Assembly (NCBI GenBank): GCA_050253075.1
Contig: JBFWJS010000006.1
Coordinates: 128,001-192,000, forward strand
Direction: 5' to 3'
Origin: Deferribacterales bacterium
GTDB lineage: Bacteria > Chrysiogenota > Deferribacteres > Deferribacterales > Geovibrionaceae
DNA: 64,000 bases
A program made the position numbers and the translations under genes. Below the pieces are notes generated by a model, which did not search any database, was not told where the DNA came from, and saw only the letters and a list, made by a program, of their open reading frames with translations. Shown here in pieces: positions 27,905-37,551 of this stretch. Each line of letters starts with the position of its first letter. Within the stretch, counting starts at the first letter, position 1.

Positions 27905-29530
27905 TTAGAGAGTGATAACCTTCGCCTCTATCATTCCGTCGAGAGCGAGGATCTCTTCGAGAACACCCGCAGGAACTTTTCCGTCGATGCGTACGAAAGC
28001 AACTGCATCGTCGCCCTTCTGATCTCTGGAAAGGTCGAAATCTGCGATGTTCACATTGTTATTTCCGAGGATAGTACCCACTTTACCGATCATGCCCGGT
28101 TTGTCCTGGTTGTTGAAGTAAAGGAATGTACCGTCGGCGATAAGGTCTGTGTAGTACTTATCATAGATAAGGAGTCTGCCTGTGTTATCGGCGAAGACTG
28201 TACCTGCGTAGACCTTCTCTTCTTTATCTGTTTTAACTTTGATAACCACAAGGTCGTTGAATTTGCCGAAGTGAGCTGCTTTTGTCTCGACTATGTCGAT
28301 ATTGCGCTCTTTAGCCACGTATGGAGCATTGATGAAGGATACTGTCTCCTTCACTGCCACTTCCATAAAGCCTTTCAGACCTGCGATGGTAAACGGCTGA
28401 AAGTTAAAAGGAGTGTCGAATGTACGCTCGCCGAAGTCTTCCTCAAACTTCTGTCCGACCATAGCGACCTCGATGGATTCCGCCCTGCCTTTTGTGAGCT
28501 GTGCAGCCATGTGGCCCATGCTCTCGAGGAGCTCGAAGTATCTCTGCATCTCTTCAGGAAGCTGTGTCTTCATGAATGGGATGTTCACGGCGTTTTTGTA
28601 TGATCTGCCGTGGAGAGCGTTTTTAACCTGCTCTGCGATGAGAACGGCAACGCCGTACTGACCTTCGTGAGTGTTTGCGCCGATGTGCGGTGTAACATAA
28701 ATGTTGTCCACTTCGAAGAATGGATGGTTCACAGGGGGCTCGGCAACGAAAACATCGAGACCCGCAGCATGAACCTTACCAGATTTACATGCTTCCACAA
28801 GGTCGAGCTCGTTCACGATACCGCCGCGTGCGCAGTTGATGATGACAACACCGTCTTTCATCTTTGCTATTTCGTCTTTTGTTATCATATTTTTTGTCTC
28901 GTCTGTGAGAGGAGTGTGGAATGTGACAACGTCAGCCTGAGCCAGTGCTTCTTCGAGCGTTTCGCAAAGCTCAACGCCGAGTGCTTCTGCTCTGGATTTT
29001 TTGATGTATGGATCGTAAGCAACAACCCTCATGTCGAAGGCTCTGCATCTTTTCGCAACGTTTCCGCCGATACGGCCAAGACCGATAACGGCGAGTGTTT
29101 TCTGATAAAGCTGGATACCCATGAAGCGCTTTCTGTCCCATTCACCTGCCTTTGTAGACTGGTTTGCAGCGGGGAGCTTACGCACGACAGACAGCATCAT
29201 AGCCATTGTCAGCTCGCAGGCAGCGAGAGTGTTGCCCGTGGGAGCGTTCATAACGATGATACCTTTCATACTGGCAGCTTCGATATCGACATTGTCGAGA
29301 CCAACGCCCGCACGTCCGATTATCTTGAGTTTTCCAGGGTTTTCGATAAGGTCAGGAGTAACAGTTGTTCCGCTTCTGGTGATGATAGCGTCGTAGTTAC
29401 CGATGATCTTCTTCAGCTCAGGATTTTTGATCCCTGCCTGAATATCGACCTCTATATCCTTGTCGTCTTTGAGGATATTCACACCGTCCTGAGAGATGTG
29501 ATCAGTGATGAGAACTTTATACTTGGCCAT
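27905..29530 (-). CDS. serA: D-3-phosphoglycerate dehydrogenase (long form with ACT domain)
   Basis: GRAGVGLDN, GLGRIG, NCARGG, TPHIGA, C-terminal DKPGMIG ACT. Confidence 0.95.
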   Translation of the reverse strand: MAKYKVLITDHISQDGVNILKDDKDIEVDIQAGIKNPELKKIIGNYDAIITRSGTTVTPDLIENPGKLKIIGRAGVGLDNVDIEAASMKGIIVMNAPTGNTLAACELTMAMMLSVVRKLPAANQSTKAGEWDRKRFMGIQLYQKTLAVIGLGRIGGNVAKRCRAFDMRVVAYDPYIKKSRAEALGVELCETLEEALAQADVVTFHTPLTDETKNMITKDEIAKMKDGVVIINCARGGIVNELDLVEACKSGKVHAAGLDVFVAEPPVNHPFFEVDNIYVTPHIGANTHEGQYGVAVLIAEQVKNALHGRSYKNAVNIPFMKTQLPEEMQRYFELLESMGHMAAQLTKGRAESIEVAMVGQKFEEDFGERTFDTPFNFQPFTIAGLKGFMEVAVKETVSFINAPYVAKERNIDIVETKAAHFGKFNDLVVIKVKTDKEEKVYAGTVFADNTGRLLIYDKYYTDLIADGTFLYFNNQDKPGMIGKVGTILGNNNVNIADFDLSRDQKGDDAVAFVRIDGKVPAGVLEEILALDGMIEAKVITL

Positions 29531-29846
29531 TAAGTTAACCTCGATAAAATATACATATATGTGTTAGAAGAGAACAGATAATAGCAAAACAGATATTATT
29601 TGACAAGCCAAAACATACTAAAATAATGGGAATTGAACCTATTCTCTGCATTGGCTTATTCTGCCGCACAGACAACGCCCGGAGAGTCTGATAGATAACA
29701 TAAAATATTATTAAAAAAGATATTAATACCAACTTTAGCTCATATTAAAAACCATTTCAAAGTTAATTTTGTAAAACAACTTGACAGCAAACGGTTTTTA
29801 CTGCTTGAATACATGAATATATTATACATTTATTGAGGTGAAGCAG

Positions 29847-30860
29847 ATGGCTTTTAATGACCTTTTACTCAGAACTATGAACGGTGAAAAAACTGACAGA
29901 CCTCCGGTATGGTTTATGCGTCAGGCCGGAAGATACATGGAAGAATACAGAGAAGTACGCAGCAAGGTTTCCTTCCTTGAGCTTTGCAAATCCCCGGAGC
30001 TTTGCACAGAAGTTACACTGCAGCCGATCAGAGCTTTCGGCTTTGACAACGCTATCCTCTTCTCAGATATCCTCATCCCTATCGAGCCTATGGGTGTCGA
30101 TCTCGACTTTAACCCTGCTCCTGTCATATCAAATCCTATCCGCACACTTGCGGATGCAGATAAACTTCGCGAGATAGACCCTGCGAAGGACGTTCCTTTC
30201 GTGCTTGAGACAGTGAAAATGCTCGTAAAGGCTCTTGATGTGCCTCTTATCGGTTTCTCAGGCGCACCTTTCACACTCGCCTGTTACATGGTAGAGGGTA
30301 AAGGTTCTAAAAACTATGAATATATCAAAACTATGATGCACGCAGACCCTACAACATACAGAGTAATGATGGAGAAGCTCGCAAACTCTACCCTGAAGTA
30401 CCTTCAGGCACAGATAGACAGCGGTGCTCACGTCGTTCAGATGTTTGACACATGGGCTGGCGTCGTTTCTAAATATGACTATGAGAAATTCATATTCCCA
30501 TACGTTGAATACATCGCAAACAACCTTAAAGGTGCTCCGCTCATCTATTTCGCAAAAGACAGCTTCAGCTTCTATGACATCATAGGAAAGCTGAAATGTG
30601 CAGGAATGGGTGTAGACTGGAAAACAACTCTCGCAGACGCAGACGAAAGACTCGGCAAGGGCAAATTTGTCCTTCAGGGTAACTTCGACCCTGTTCAGCT
30701 CTTCGGTAGCAAAGAATCCATCAAGGAAACAGCCGAAAAGATCCTCGCAGAGGGTAAAGACCTTAAAGGTCATATCTTTAACCTCGGACACGGTATCCTC
30801 CCTCCTACTCCTAGAGAGAATGTGGACTACCTTGTTAAGGTCGTTAAAGGGGAAGCATGA
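29847..30860 (+). CDS. hemE: Uroporphyrinogen decarboxylase
   Basis: PVWFMRQAGR, FSDIL, GAPFTLA, NLGHGI. Confidence 0.97.
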   Translation: MAFNDLLLRTMNGEKTDRPPVWFMRQAGRYMEEYREVRSKVSFLELCKSPELCTEVTLQPIRAFGFDNAILFSDILIPIEPMGVDLDFNPAPVISNPIRTLADADKLREIDPAKDVPFVLETVKMLVKALDVPLIGFSGAPFTLACYMVEGKGSKNYEYIKTMMHADPTTYRVMMEKLANSTLKYLQAQIDSGAHVVQMFDTWAGVVSKYDYEKFIFPYVEYIANNLKGAPLIYFAKDSFSFYDIIGKLKCAGMGVDWKTTLADADERLGKGKFVLQGNFDPVQLFGSKESIKETAEKILAEGKDLKGHIFNLGHGILPPTPRENVDYLVKVVKGEA

Positions 30861-31804
30861 AAAAAGACCTGCTTTATGTGATGTATATGGGCGGTCCTGA
30901 TAGTATCGAAGGGATAGAGGAGTTCCTCTTTAATCTCTTTTCGGACCGCACCATCATCGACTTTCACATCGGCGGCACACTCCAGACATTCATAGCGAAA
31001 AAGATAGCTAAAAAACGCTCCGTTAAAGTTGCGCCCGAATATGAAAAGATAGGCGGACGCTCTCCGCAGCTCCCCTACCTTCAGGCTATTCTGGAAAAGA
31101 TAAAGCCGCTCTACCTCACTGAAACAGGGCGTGAGCTCGTCACCGATATCGGTATGTGCTATTACCATCCGTACATCGAGGACTCCATACAGAAGCATAA
31201 CGGTGCAGACTATGAAAATATCATAGTCACCAGCATGTATCCGCAGTATTCATATACCACCAGCGGTGTGTGCTTCGACAGATTTGCAAAGGTGCAGAAG
31301 CTCGTTAAAGAACCTAAGATCATCAAAGAATGGTACCGTAACGAAGCATATAATAAATGTATCTCAGACAGGATACTCAGAGCAGCGGAAAAGCTGGGCA
31401 AGGACATAACCGACTGCCACGTGGTATTCTCTGCGCATTCCCTCCCCGAATACACCGTTAAAAAAGGCGACGTTTACACCATGCAGATAAACGAGCAGGT
31501 GAAAAAGCTCGTCAGCATGACACACCCGAAAACATATAACCTCGCATACCAGAGCCGTACAGGCCCCGTGAAATGGGTCGGTCCATACACGGATAAAGAG
31601 CTCGAAAGGCTCACGGCAGAGCGTGTGGATAACATCATCGTCGTGCCTATATCGTTTGTATCCGACCACATCGAGACTCTGATAGAGCTGGACGAGCAGT
31701 ATATGCCGCAGGTGCGTGAGGCAGGGCTGAATATCGTCCGCATCGAAAGCCTGAACGACTCAGACGACTTTGCCGAGGCATTCTTAAATATAATATCCGC
31801 ATAA
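30857..31804 (+). CDS. hemH: Ferrochelatase
   Basis: MGGP, YPQYS, FSAHSLP, YQSR..W.GP, DHIETL.ELD. Confidence 0.93.
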   Translation: MKKDLLYVMYMGGPDSIEGIEEFLFNLFSDRTIIDFHIGGTLQTFIAKKIAKKRSVKVAPEYEKIGGRSPQLPYLQAILEKIKPLYLTETGRELVTDIGMCYYHPYIEDSIQKHNGADYENIIVTSMYPQYSYTTSGVCFDRFAKVQKLVKEPKIIKEWYRNEAYNKCISDRILRAAEKLGKDITDCHVVFSAHSLPEYTVKKGDVYTMQINEQVKKLVSMTHPKTYNLAYQSRTGPVKWVGPYTDKELERLTAERVDNIIVVPISFVSDHIETLIELDEQYMPQVREAGLNIVRIESLNDSDDFAEAFLNIISA

Positions 31805-31806
31805 CA

Positions 31807-31841
31807 GTCATCATGAGGAGTGATAACGACGTGATGATCTC
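31807..31841 (+). repeat. GTC-tagged REP-like hairpin, left end of the GIY-YIG cassette
   Basis: GTC-ATCAT-GAGGAGTGATAACGACGTG-ATGAT-CTC; same loop core as array type A. Confidence 0.85.
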
Positions 31842-31856
31842 AGACTAGGCACACTT

Positions 31857-32144
31857 ATGAGAAACGGTTATGTTTACATAATAACTAATTCAAACAACTC
31901 AACTCTTTACGTTGGTGTAACTTCTAATATCAAAAAGAGAATATACGAGCACAAACAGAAATTTATTGACGGTTTCTCTAAAAAATATAACCTTACAAAG
32001 CTTGTTTATTTTGAATGTTTTGATAATATTACAGATGCTTTGTGCCGAGAAAAACAACTCAAAGCATATAAACGAGCTAAAAAACAAGAGATAGTAAACT
32101 CTCTTAATCCTGAGTGGAAAGATTTATACGAAGGTATTCTATAA
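31857..32144 (+). CDS. Stand-alone GIY-YIG nuclease
   Basis: GYVY..LYVGVT..R..EH..REK..NPEW; 84 of 288 bases are G+C (29%) by hand count. Confidence 0.92.
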   Translation: MRNGYVYIITNSNNSTLYVGVTSNIKKRIYEHKQKFIDGFSKKYNLTKLVYFECFDNITDALCREKQLKAYKRAKKQEIVNSLNPEWKDLYEGIL

Positions 32145-32154
32145 TCTAAATGCT

Positions 32155-32189
32155 GAGACTCTCACGGTCGCCAGCTCCCTCAGAGTGAC
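32155..32189 (-). repeat. GTC-tagged REP-like hairpin, right end of the GIY-YIG cassette
   Basis: Reverse complement GTC-ACTCT-GAGGGAGCTGGCGACCGTG-AGAGT-CTC. Confidence 0.85.
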
Positions 32190-32214
32190 AAATTATATTA
32201 TACGGGTAACAACA

Positions 32215-33063
32215 TTGGAAAAATTCAAAACATTTTTAAGCATGATAAAAGTGGAGCACACCCTTTTCGCCCTCCCCTTTGCCTTCACAGGCATGTTTTT
32301 AGCGGCGAGAGGCATCCCTTCGCTCTCTACTATATTCTGGATAGTCATAGCCGTTCTGGGTGCCAGAAGCGGTGCTATGGGATTTAACCGTGTGGCGGAC
32401 GCTAAGATCGACGCACGAAACCCCAGAACAGAAAACCGTGACATCCCCGCAGGGCGCATATCCGTGAATGAAGCTACGCTGTATGTGGTGATATCCTTCG
32501 CCGTATACTTCTTCGCCGCTTATATGCTGAATCCGCTCTGTTTCTATCTCTCTCCCGTTCCATTTGCCGTATTCATACTATATTCATATACAAAGCGTTT
32601 CACGTTTCTCTGCCACATTGTGCTAGGCGTTGCTCTCGGCATAGCCCCCATCGGCGCATGGGCAGCCGTCACAGGCTCGCTGAACCTCGGCATAGTTTTA
32701 CTCGGCATAGCCGTTCTTTTCTGGGTTTCAGGCTTTGATATAGTATACGCATGTCAGGATATCGACTTCGACAGAGAAGAAGGCCTGTTCTCCATCCCCA
32801 GATACCTCGGGCTGAGAAATTCGCTGAACCTCGCAAGGGTATTTCACATCATATCCTTCCTGATATTCCTATACACATGGGTATATTTCGACCTTGGCAT
32901 TATATATCTGGCGGGAATACTGCTCACGGGCGGATTCATGGTTTATCAGCACTCCATAATAAAACCCGAGGATCTCAGCAGGCTCGACATGGCATTTTTC
33001 AATCTAAATGCATATATTAGTCTGAGCATTTGCGCTTTCACATTTTTAGACCTTGTAATATGA
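32215..33063 (+). CDS. mqnP: UbiA-family polyprenyltransferase (MqnP-like, futalosine menaquinone pathway)
   Basis: IKVEHTLFALPF, NRVADAKIDARNPRT, GFDIVYACQD; probable TTG start at 32215 (the track's GTG lies inside the repeat). Confidence 0.8.
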   Translation: MEKFKTFLSMIKVEHTLFALPFAFTGMFLAARGIPSLSTIFWIVIAVLGARSGAMGFNRVADAKIDARNPRTENRDIPAGRISVNEATLYVVISFAVYFFAAYMLNPLCFYLSPVPFAVFILYSYTKRFTFLCHIVLGVALGIAPIGAWAAVTGSLNLGIVLLGIAVLFWVSGFDIVYACQDIDFDREEGLFSIPRYLGLRNSLNLARVFHIISFLIFLYTWVYFDLGIIYLAGILLTGGFMVYQHSIIKPEDLSRLDMAFFNLNAYISLSICAFTFLDLVI

Positions 33064-33070
33064 GGAGTTT

Positions 33071-33643
33071 ATGAAACGTATCTTTCTGGGGATAACAGGT
33101 GCCAGCGGAGCACTGTACGGTAAAAAGCTGATAGAGGAGCTCGCAGATATATGTGAACTGCACCTCTGCATCACCCCTGACGGACTGACAAACATAAACA
33201 TCGAACTGGGGAAGGAATACTCTTCCGACGAAGACTTCCTCGCAGACCTGAATAAAAAGGCTATCCTGCACGATCATAAAAACTTTGCAGCACCAGTTTC
33301 CAGCGGGTCGTTCATGGTGGATTCATACATAATAGCACCCGCATCTATGGGCTTTGTAGGCAGAGCCGCAGGCGGTATAAGCTCAAACCTTATCGAACGC
33401 TGTGCGGACGTCGCCATGAAAGAACGCAGAAACCTTGTAATACTCTTCCGAGAGACGCCCCTCAGCCTGATACATATGGAAAACCTGACAAAGCTGACCC
33501 GTGCGGGCGCAGTATGCATGCCGGCGGCACCGGGCTTTTACCACTCTCCTAAAGATATAGACGATCTTATCTCCTTTGTTGCGGGTAAAATCTTTGATAT
33601 AATAGGAGTACAGCACGACCTCTATGCCAGATGGAAAGGCTGA
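33071..33643 (+). CDS. ubiX: Flavin prenyltransferase UbiX
   Basis: GITGASG, SSGS, RCADVAMKERR, RETP, PGFY. Confidence 0.93.
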   Translation: MKRIFLGITGASGALYGKKLIEELADICELHLCITPDGLTNINIELGKEYSSDEDFLADLNKKAILHDHKNFAAPVSSGSFMVDSYIIAPASMGFVGRAAGGISSNLIERCADVAMKERRNLVILFRETPLSLIHMENLTKLTRAGAVCMPAAPGFYHSPKDIDDLISFVAGKIFDIIGVQHDLYARWKG

Positions 33644-33663
33644 AACACTATATCAGGTGAAAA

Positions 33664-33954
33664 TTGAACGGCAGTAAAACCTATGACATCAAAATGCTTA
33701 ACGGGCTCGTTATAAGAGACATATCCATATCTCAGATAAAAGACGGGCTGAAATCGGGCAAATACCTGCCGTCGGACTTTGTCTCTTCATCGGGCGGAGA
33801 CTGGGTAATGCTGAAAGAATCAAAACTATATAAAAATAACGCAAAAATCTTTAACGGATGGATGGCGTTATTTGCAGTATCATTTATATTTAACATAATA
33901 ATGCTCTTGATGCTTTTCTGGCAGAACTCCAGAATAAACCAACTATTAGACTAA
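33664..33954 (+). CDS. Hypothetical membrane-anchored protein (possibly GYF_2-like N-terminus)
   Basis: ORF in operon context with a C-terminal TM helix. Confidence 0.6.
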   Translation: MNGSKTYDIKMLNGLVIRDISISQIKDGLKSGKYLPSDFVSSSGGDWVMLKESKLYKNNAKIFNGWMALFAVSFIFNIIMLLMLFWQNSRINQLLD

Positions 33955-33972
33955 GCGGAGGTTTTTAAGGTT

Positions 33973-34374
33973 ATGGACACTAAATGGGTTAAAGACAGCT
34001 TTGACAAAGGTAAACTTGAGATCCTCAAATTCGCCAAGGTCAGCAAGATAAAGATAGAGATAACATCCCTTAATAAAAAGAAGGATGAACGTGTCAAACT
34101 GCTCGGGAATAAAGTGCTGGAGCTCATCGAAAACGGCGAGCTCGACGCAGAGCTTTTTGAGCCGGACTACACATACATCAGAAACATAGACAAAGATATA
34201 AAGACAAAGCAGGAAGAGCTGACAGCCTCTGAGGAAGAGGAAGCACAGCCTGCAGAAGAGACAACCTCCGAAGAAATAGAGATAGTCACCATCGAATCAC
34301 AGAAAGTGTTAACAGCAAAATCCATCCCCGTAGAACCAGAACCTGAAACAGCAGAAGAAAAGAAAGGTGAATAA
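33973..34374 (+). CDS. Hypothetical coiled-coil protein with acidic tail
   Basis: GGAGG SD; heptad-like N-terminal half. Confidence 0.7.
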   Translation: MDTKWVKDSFDKGKLEILKFAKVSKIKIEITSLNKKKDERVKLLGNKVLELIENGELDAELFEPDYTYIRNIDKDIKTKQEELTASEEEEAQPAEETTSEEIEIVTIESQKVLTAKSIPVEPEPETAEEKKGE

Positions 34375-34375
34375 C

Positions 34376-34855
34376 ATGAAAAAGATATACATATTACCAA
34401 TGCTGATCCTCATCCTCGCCGCCTGTACCCAGTTCGATATGAAATTTCAGCCTACACAGGATCTGAAAGCGAACTATCCCCATTCTGTAAAAGATCAGAA
34501 CCTTGCCATATACTATAAGACAGTAAAAGGCTCTGATGAAAAGACTGTCGTACAGATGGCAGTGCAGAACATCGGTAATATATATATGAGCAACCTTACC
34601 ATAAACTATGACGACTGCTGTCAGGCACTCCACCAGGGCCCCGGATCATATCTGTATAAAAATCTGGGCAATCTGAAAAACAGAGCGCACAAAACAATGA
34701 GCATATCCATCCCTTCATCCGATGTTAAAATTGTCACACTGGACTACACATTCATACCTGTGACAGAGGACGCATTTTTGAAGCAGAATAACGAATACAC
34801 ACCTTCTGTTTCAGAGGTCATTAAAAGCAGGATAATTCTCTACACTGGTAAGTAA
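34376..34855 (+). CDS. Hypothetical lipoprotein
   Basis: MKK, hydrophobic stretch, LAAC lipobox. Confidence 0.75.
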   Translation: MKKIYILPMLILILAACTQFDMKFQPTQDLKANYPHSVKDQNLAIYYKTVKGSDEKTVVQMAVQNIGNIYMSNLTINYDDCCQALHQGPGSYLYKNLGNLKNRAHKTMSISIPSSDVKIVTLDYTFIPVTEDAFLKQNNEYTPSVSEVIKSRIILYTGK

Positions 34856-35187
34856 CAGAGCGTACTAAAACCTGAGTTTTATTTTTTCGTTCTGTATGAA
34901 TTACTATTTTGAATTATTATTTTCATTTTTTATACCCGCAGTAAATTTGTTTTAAATTTTACTAAAATATCTTTTCGCCCTTAAGAAACATTAAAAATTA
35001 ACATCTTTAAACGTCTCATTTACAAACCTGTCAAATTAAAATTATTAGTAAATTTTTGTCTATTTTGTTTATTATTTATAAATTGATTTTGTTAATTTTA
35101 TATAACATTGTTATGCATATATAAGATTGTATACAGTATACGCTAAAAAATCTTCGCTAGTACCTGATTTTATTGTGTTTTTTACTG

Positions 35188-35216
35188 TTGACTTTCATAA
35201 AACGATGTACTATTAT
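35188..35216 (+). promoter_or_regulatory. Candidate sigma70 promoter for the acetate permease operon
   Basis: TTGACT-17 bp-TATTAT. Confidence 0.5.
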
Positions 35217-35382
35217 TTAATCAGATTAGATTTACATTTACCAAAAAAATTCTCTTATTAGTAAACAGAGAAGCAGCGGTAAAACCAGAACAGGTTAACT
35301 TAGAACGCATAATTAAAAAGGAGGTGTATAATTAAACGTTCCGAGAAGTTCCTGTTCGATATCTTAAGTGAGGTGTAATCTT

Positions 35383-35634
35383 ATGGAAAAGACACATGAA
35401 ATGTATTGGAAAAAGGTTCTAGGCTTAGTTCGAAACGTTCTCATCGTTTGGTTCGTTGTCTCTTACGGAGCAGGTATTATTTTTGCCAGCGCACTTGACT
35501 CAATCAAGCTCGGCGGATATCCGCTTGGGTTCTGGTTTGCACAGCAAGGCTCGATCTACATATTTGTCGTTCTCATCTTTACCTATGCAAAATTGATGGG
35601 GAAGATCGACAAAGAATTCAATGTTGAAGAATAG
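35383..35634 (+). CDS. DUF4212 small subunit of the solute symporter
   Basis: YW..WFVVSYG..GYPLGFWFAQQGSI; precedes the SSS gene. Confidence 0.9.
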   Translation: MEKTHEMYWKKVLGLVRNVLIVWFVVSYGAGIIFASALDSIKLGGYPLGFWFAQQGSIYIFVVLIFTYAKLMGKIDKEFNVEE

Positions 35635-35646
35635 GGAGGTACGTAT

Positions 35647-37449
35647 ATGAGCTTACAAATAACAACCTACATCGTAGTTGGTCTATCATTCGCTCTTTAT
35701 ATCGGTATTGCGATATGGTCGCGCGCAGGCAGCACAAAGGAATTCTATGTTGCAGGCGGCGGTATCCACCCTATTACTAACGGTATTGCTATCGGTGCAG
35801 ACTGGATGTCTGCTGCATCATTCATATCCATGGCCGGTCTTATCGGTTTCATGGGTTATGGCGGCGCACTCTTCCTTATGGGCTGGACAGGTGGCTTCGT
35901 TCTCCTTGCGATGCTCATAGCACCATACCTCAGAAAGTTCGGTAAGTTCACTGTGCCGGATTTCTTTAAAACACGTTATTATTCAGATACAGCGACAATA
36001 GTTGCAGTTATGTGCCTTCTCGCTGCGTCTACAACATACATCATCGGCCAGATGACCGGTGTTGGTGTTGCTTTCTCACGTTTCCTCGGTGTTTCCAACT
36101 CAATGGGAATCTTTATCGGAATGGCGATAGTATTTATGTATGCAGTTTTCGGCGGTATGAAAGGTATCACCTACACACAGGTTGCTCAGTACTGCGTTTT
36201 GATCCTTGCTTACACCATTCCTGCAATATTCATCTCCTTGAACCTTACAGGAAACCCGATCCCTCAGCTTGGTCTCGGTTCTGACTTCGTAGGCAGCAAC
36301 ATGTCTCTGCTTGCAAAGCTCGACCACATCGTGACAGACCTCGGATTTGCGAAATACACGACTCAGGTACCCGGCAGTAAGCTGAATATGTTCGCATATA
36401 CTCTTTCTCTGATGCTCGGTACAGCAGGTCTTCCGCACGTTATCATCCGTTTCTTCACAGTGCCGGATGTTAAGGGTGCACGTTCATCTGCAGGATGGGC
36501 ACTTGTGTTCATCGCTATCCTCTATACAACAGCTCCTACAGTTGCAGCTATGGCAAGACTTAACCTTCATGCCACAATCAACACAGCTGTTGAAATGGGC
36601 GGAGATGTATTCGCTCCTGAAGCAAGCATCAAAGCTGAGGATCGTCCTAACTGGATGAAGAGATGGGAAGTTACCGGTCTTCTTAAGTTTGAAGATAAAA
36701 ACGGCGACGGACGCATCCAATACTACAACGATAAGTCCAAAGACCCTGCTTTCCTTGCAAAAGTTGAAGCAGCAGGCTGGCAAGGAAACGAACTTTCAGT
36801 AAACAACGATATCATGGTTCTCGCTAACCCTGAGATCGCTAGGCTCCCCAACTGGGTAATCGCACTCGTTGCTGCCGGTGGTCTGGCTGCTGCTCTTTCG
36901 ACAGCTGCCGGTCTCCTCCTTGCAATATCAGCGGCAGTTTCACACGACCTTCTTAAAAACATGTTTATGAAGGACATGAGCGAGAAAGGCGAGCTTATGG
37001 CAGGACGTATTGCCATGGCTATGGCTATCCTCGGTGCAGGTTATCTCGGTCTCAACCCGCCTGACTTTGCGGCAGGTACGGTTGCCATAGCCTTCGGTCT
37101 TGCGGCGTCGTCCATTTTCCCTGCCCTTCTTATGGGTATATTCAGCAAAACAATGAACAAACAAGGTGCCATAGCAGGTATGCTTGCCGGTATCGGTATC
37201 ACAATGTTCTACGTTTTTGCTCACACGGGTATATTCTATATCAAAGGCACAGAGTATTATCAGCTCTTCGGTGGACAAAACTTCTTCTTCGGAATCCACC
37301 CGAATGCTTTCGGAGCAGTAGGTGCTTTCATTAACTTTATAGTTGCATTCGCAGTTAAAGGTTTCTTCGCACCGGTTCCGGATGATATCGCTCAGATGGT
37401 AGAAGATGTACGTGTACCTAAGGGTGCAGGCGCAGCCGTCGATCATTAA
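35647..37449 (+). CDS. actP: Sodium:solute symporter, ActP-like (cation/acetate)
   Basis: DWMSAASF, KFTVPDF, GTAGLPHV, LSTAAGLLL. Confidence 0.85.
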   Translation: MSLQITTYIVVGLSFALYIGIAIWSRAGSTKEFYVAGGGIHPITNGIAIGADWMSAASFISMAGLIGFMGYGGALFLMGWTGGFVLLAMLIAPYLRKFGKFTVPDFFKTRYYSDTATIVAVMCLLAASTTYIIGQMTGVGVAFSRFLGVSNSMGIFIGMAIVFMYAVFGGMKGITYTQVAQYCVLILAYTIPAIFISLNLTGNPIPQLGLGSDFVGSNMSLLAKLDHIVTDLGFAKYTTQVPGSKLNMFAYTLSLMLGTAGLPHVIIRFFTVPDVKGARSSAGWALVFIAILYTTAPTVAAMARLNLHATINTAVEMGGDVFAPEASIKAEDRPNWMKRWEVTGLLKFEDKNGDGRIQYYNDKSKDPAFLAKVEAAGWQGNELSVNNDIMVLANPEIARLPNWVIALVAAGGLAAALSTAAGLLLAISAAVSHDLLKNMFMKDMSEKGELMAGRIAMAMAILGAGYLGLNPPDFAAGTVAIAFGLAASSIFPALLMGIFSKTMNKQGAIAGMLAGIGITMFYVFAHTGIFYIKGTEYYQLFGGQNFFFGIHPNAFGAVGAFINFIVAFAVKGFFAPVPDDIAQMVEDVRVPKGAGAAVDH

Positions 37450-37479
37450 GATAATAGATACGAAAGTATCATAACCCTC

Positions 37480-37515
37480 GGCTCCGCCGTAATGCTCATG
37501 CGGCGGAGCCTTTTT
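37480..37515 (+). terminator. Intrinsic terminator
   Basis: GGCTCCGCCG..CGGCGGAGCC followed by TTTTT. Confidence 0.85.
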
Positions 37516-37551
37516 AACAAACGCATTTAAAGGCATACGAAGGAGTTATAA

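Noticed and set aside
27848..29533. Long plus-strand ORFs over serA
   Set aside because: Antisense shadows of a well-supported gene.
29626..29700. tRNA (minus-strand GGTTCAATTCC T-loop-like motif) or serA riboswitch
   Set aside because: No acceptor, D or anticodon stems could be built and no known aptamer core was recognised. An Rfam search would settle it.
29535..29732. 65-aa ORF upstream of serA
   Set aside because: Low-complexity AT-rich promoter region with no SD or motifs.
31800..32200. Classical IS element or intron-encoded homing endonuclease
   Set aside because: There is no transposase and no visible target-site duplication, the insertion is intergenic, and there is no room for an intron core.
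32185..32214. GTG start for the UbiA-family gene
   Set aside because: It falls inside the right-hand repeat; the family-like sequence begins at TTG 32215.
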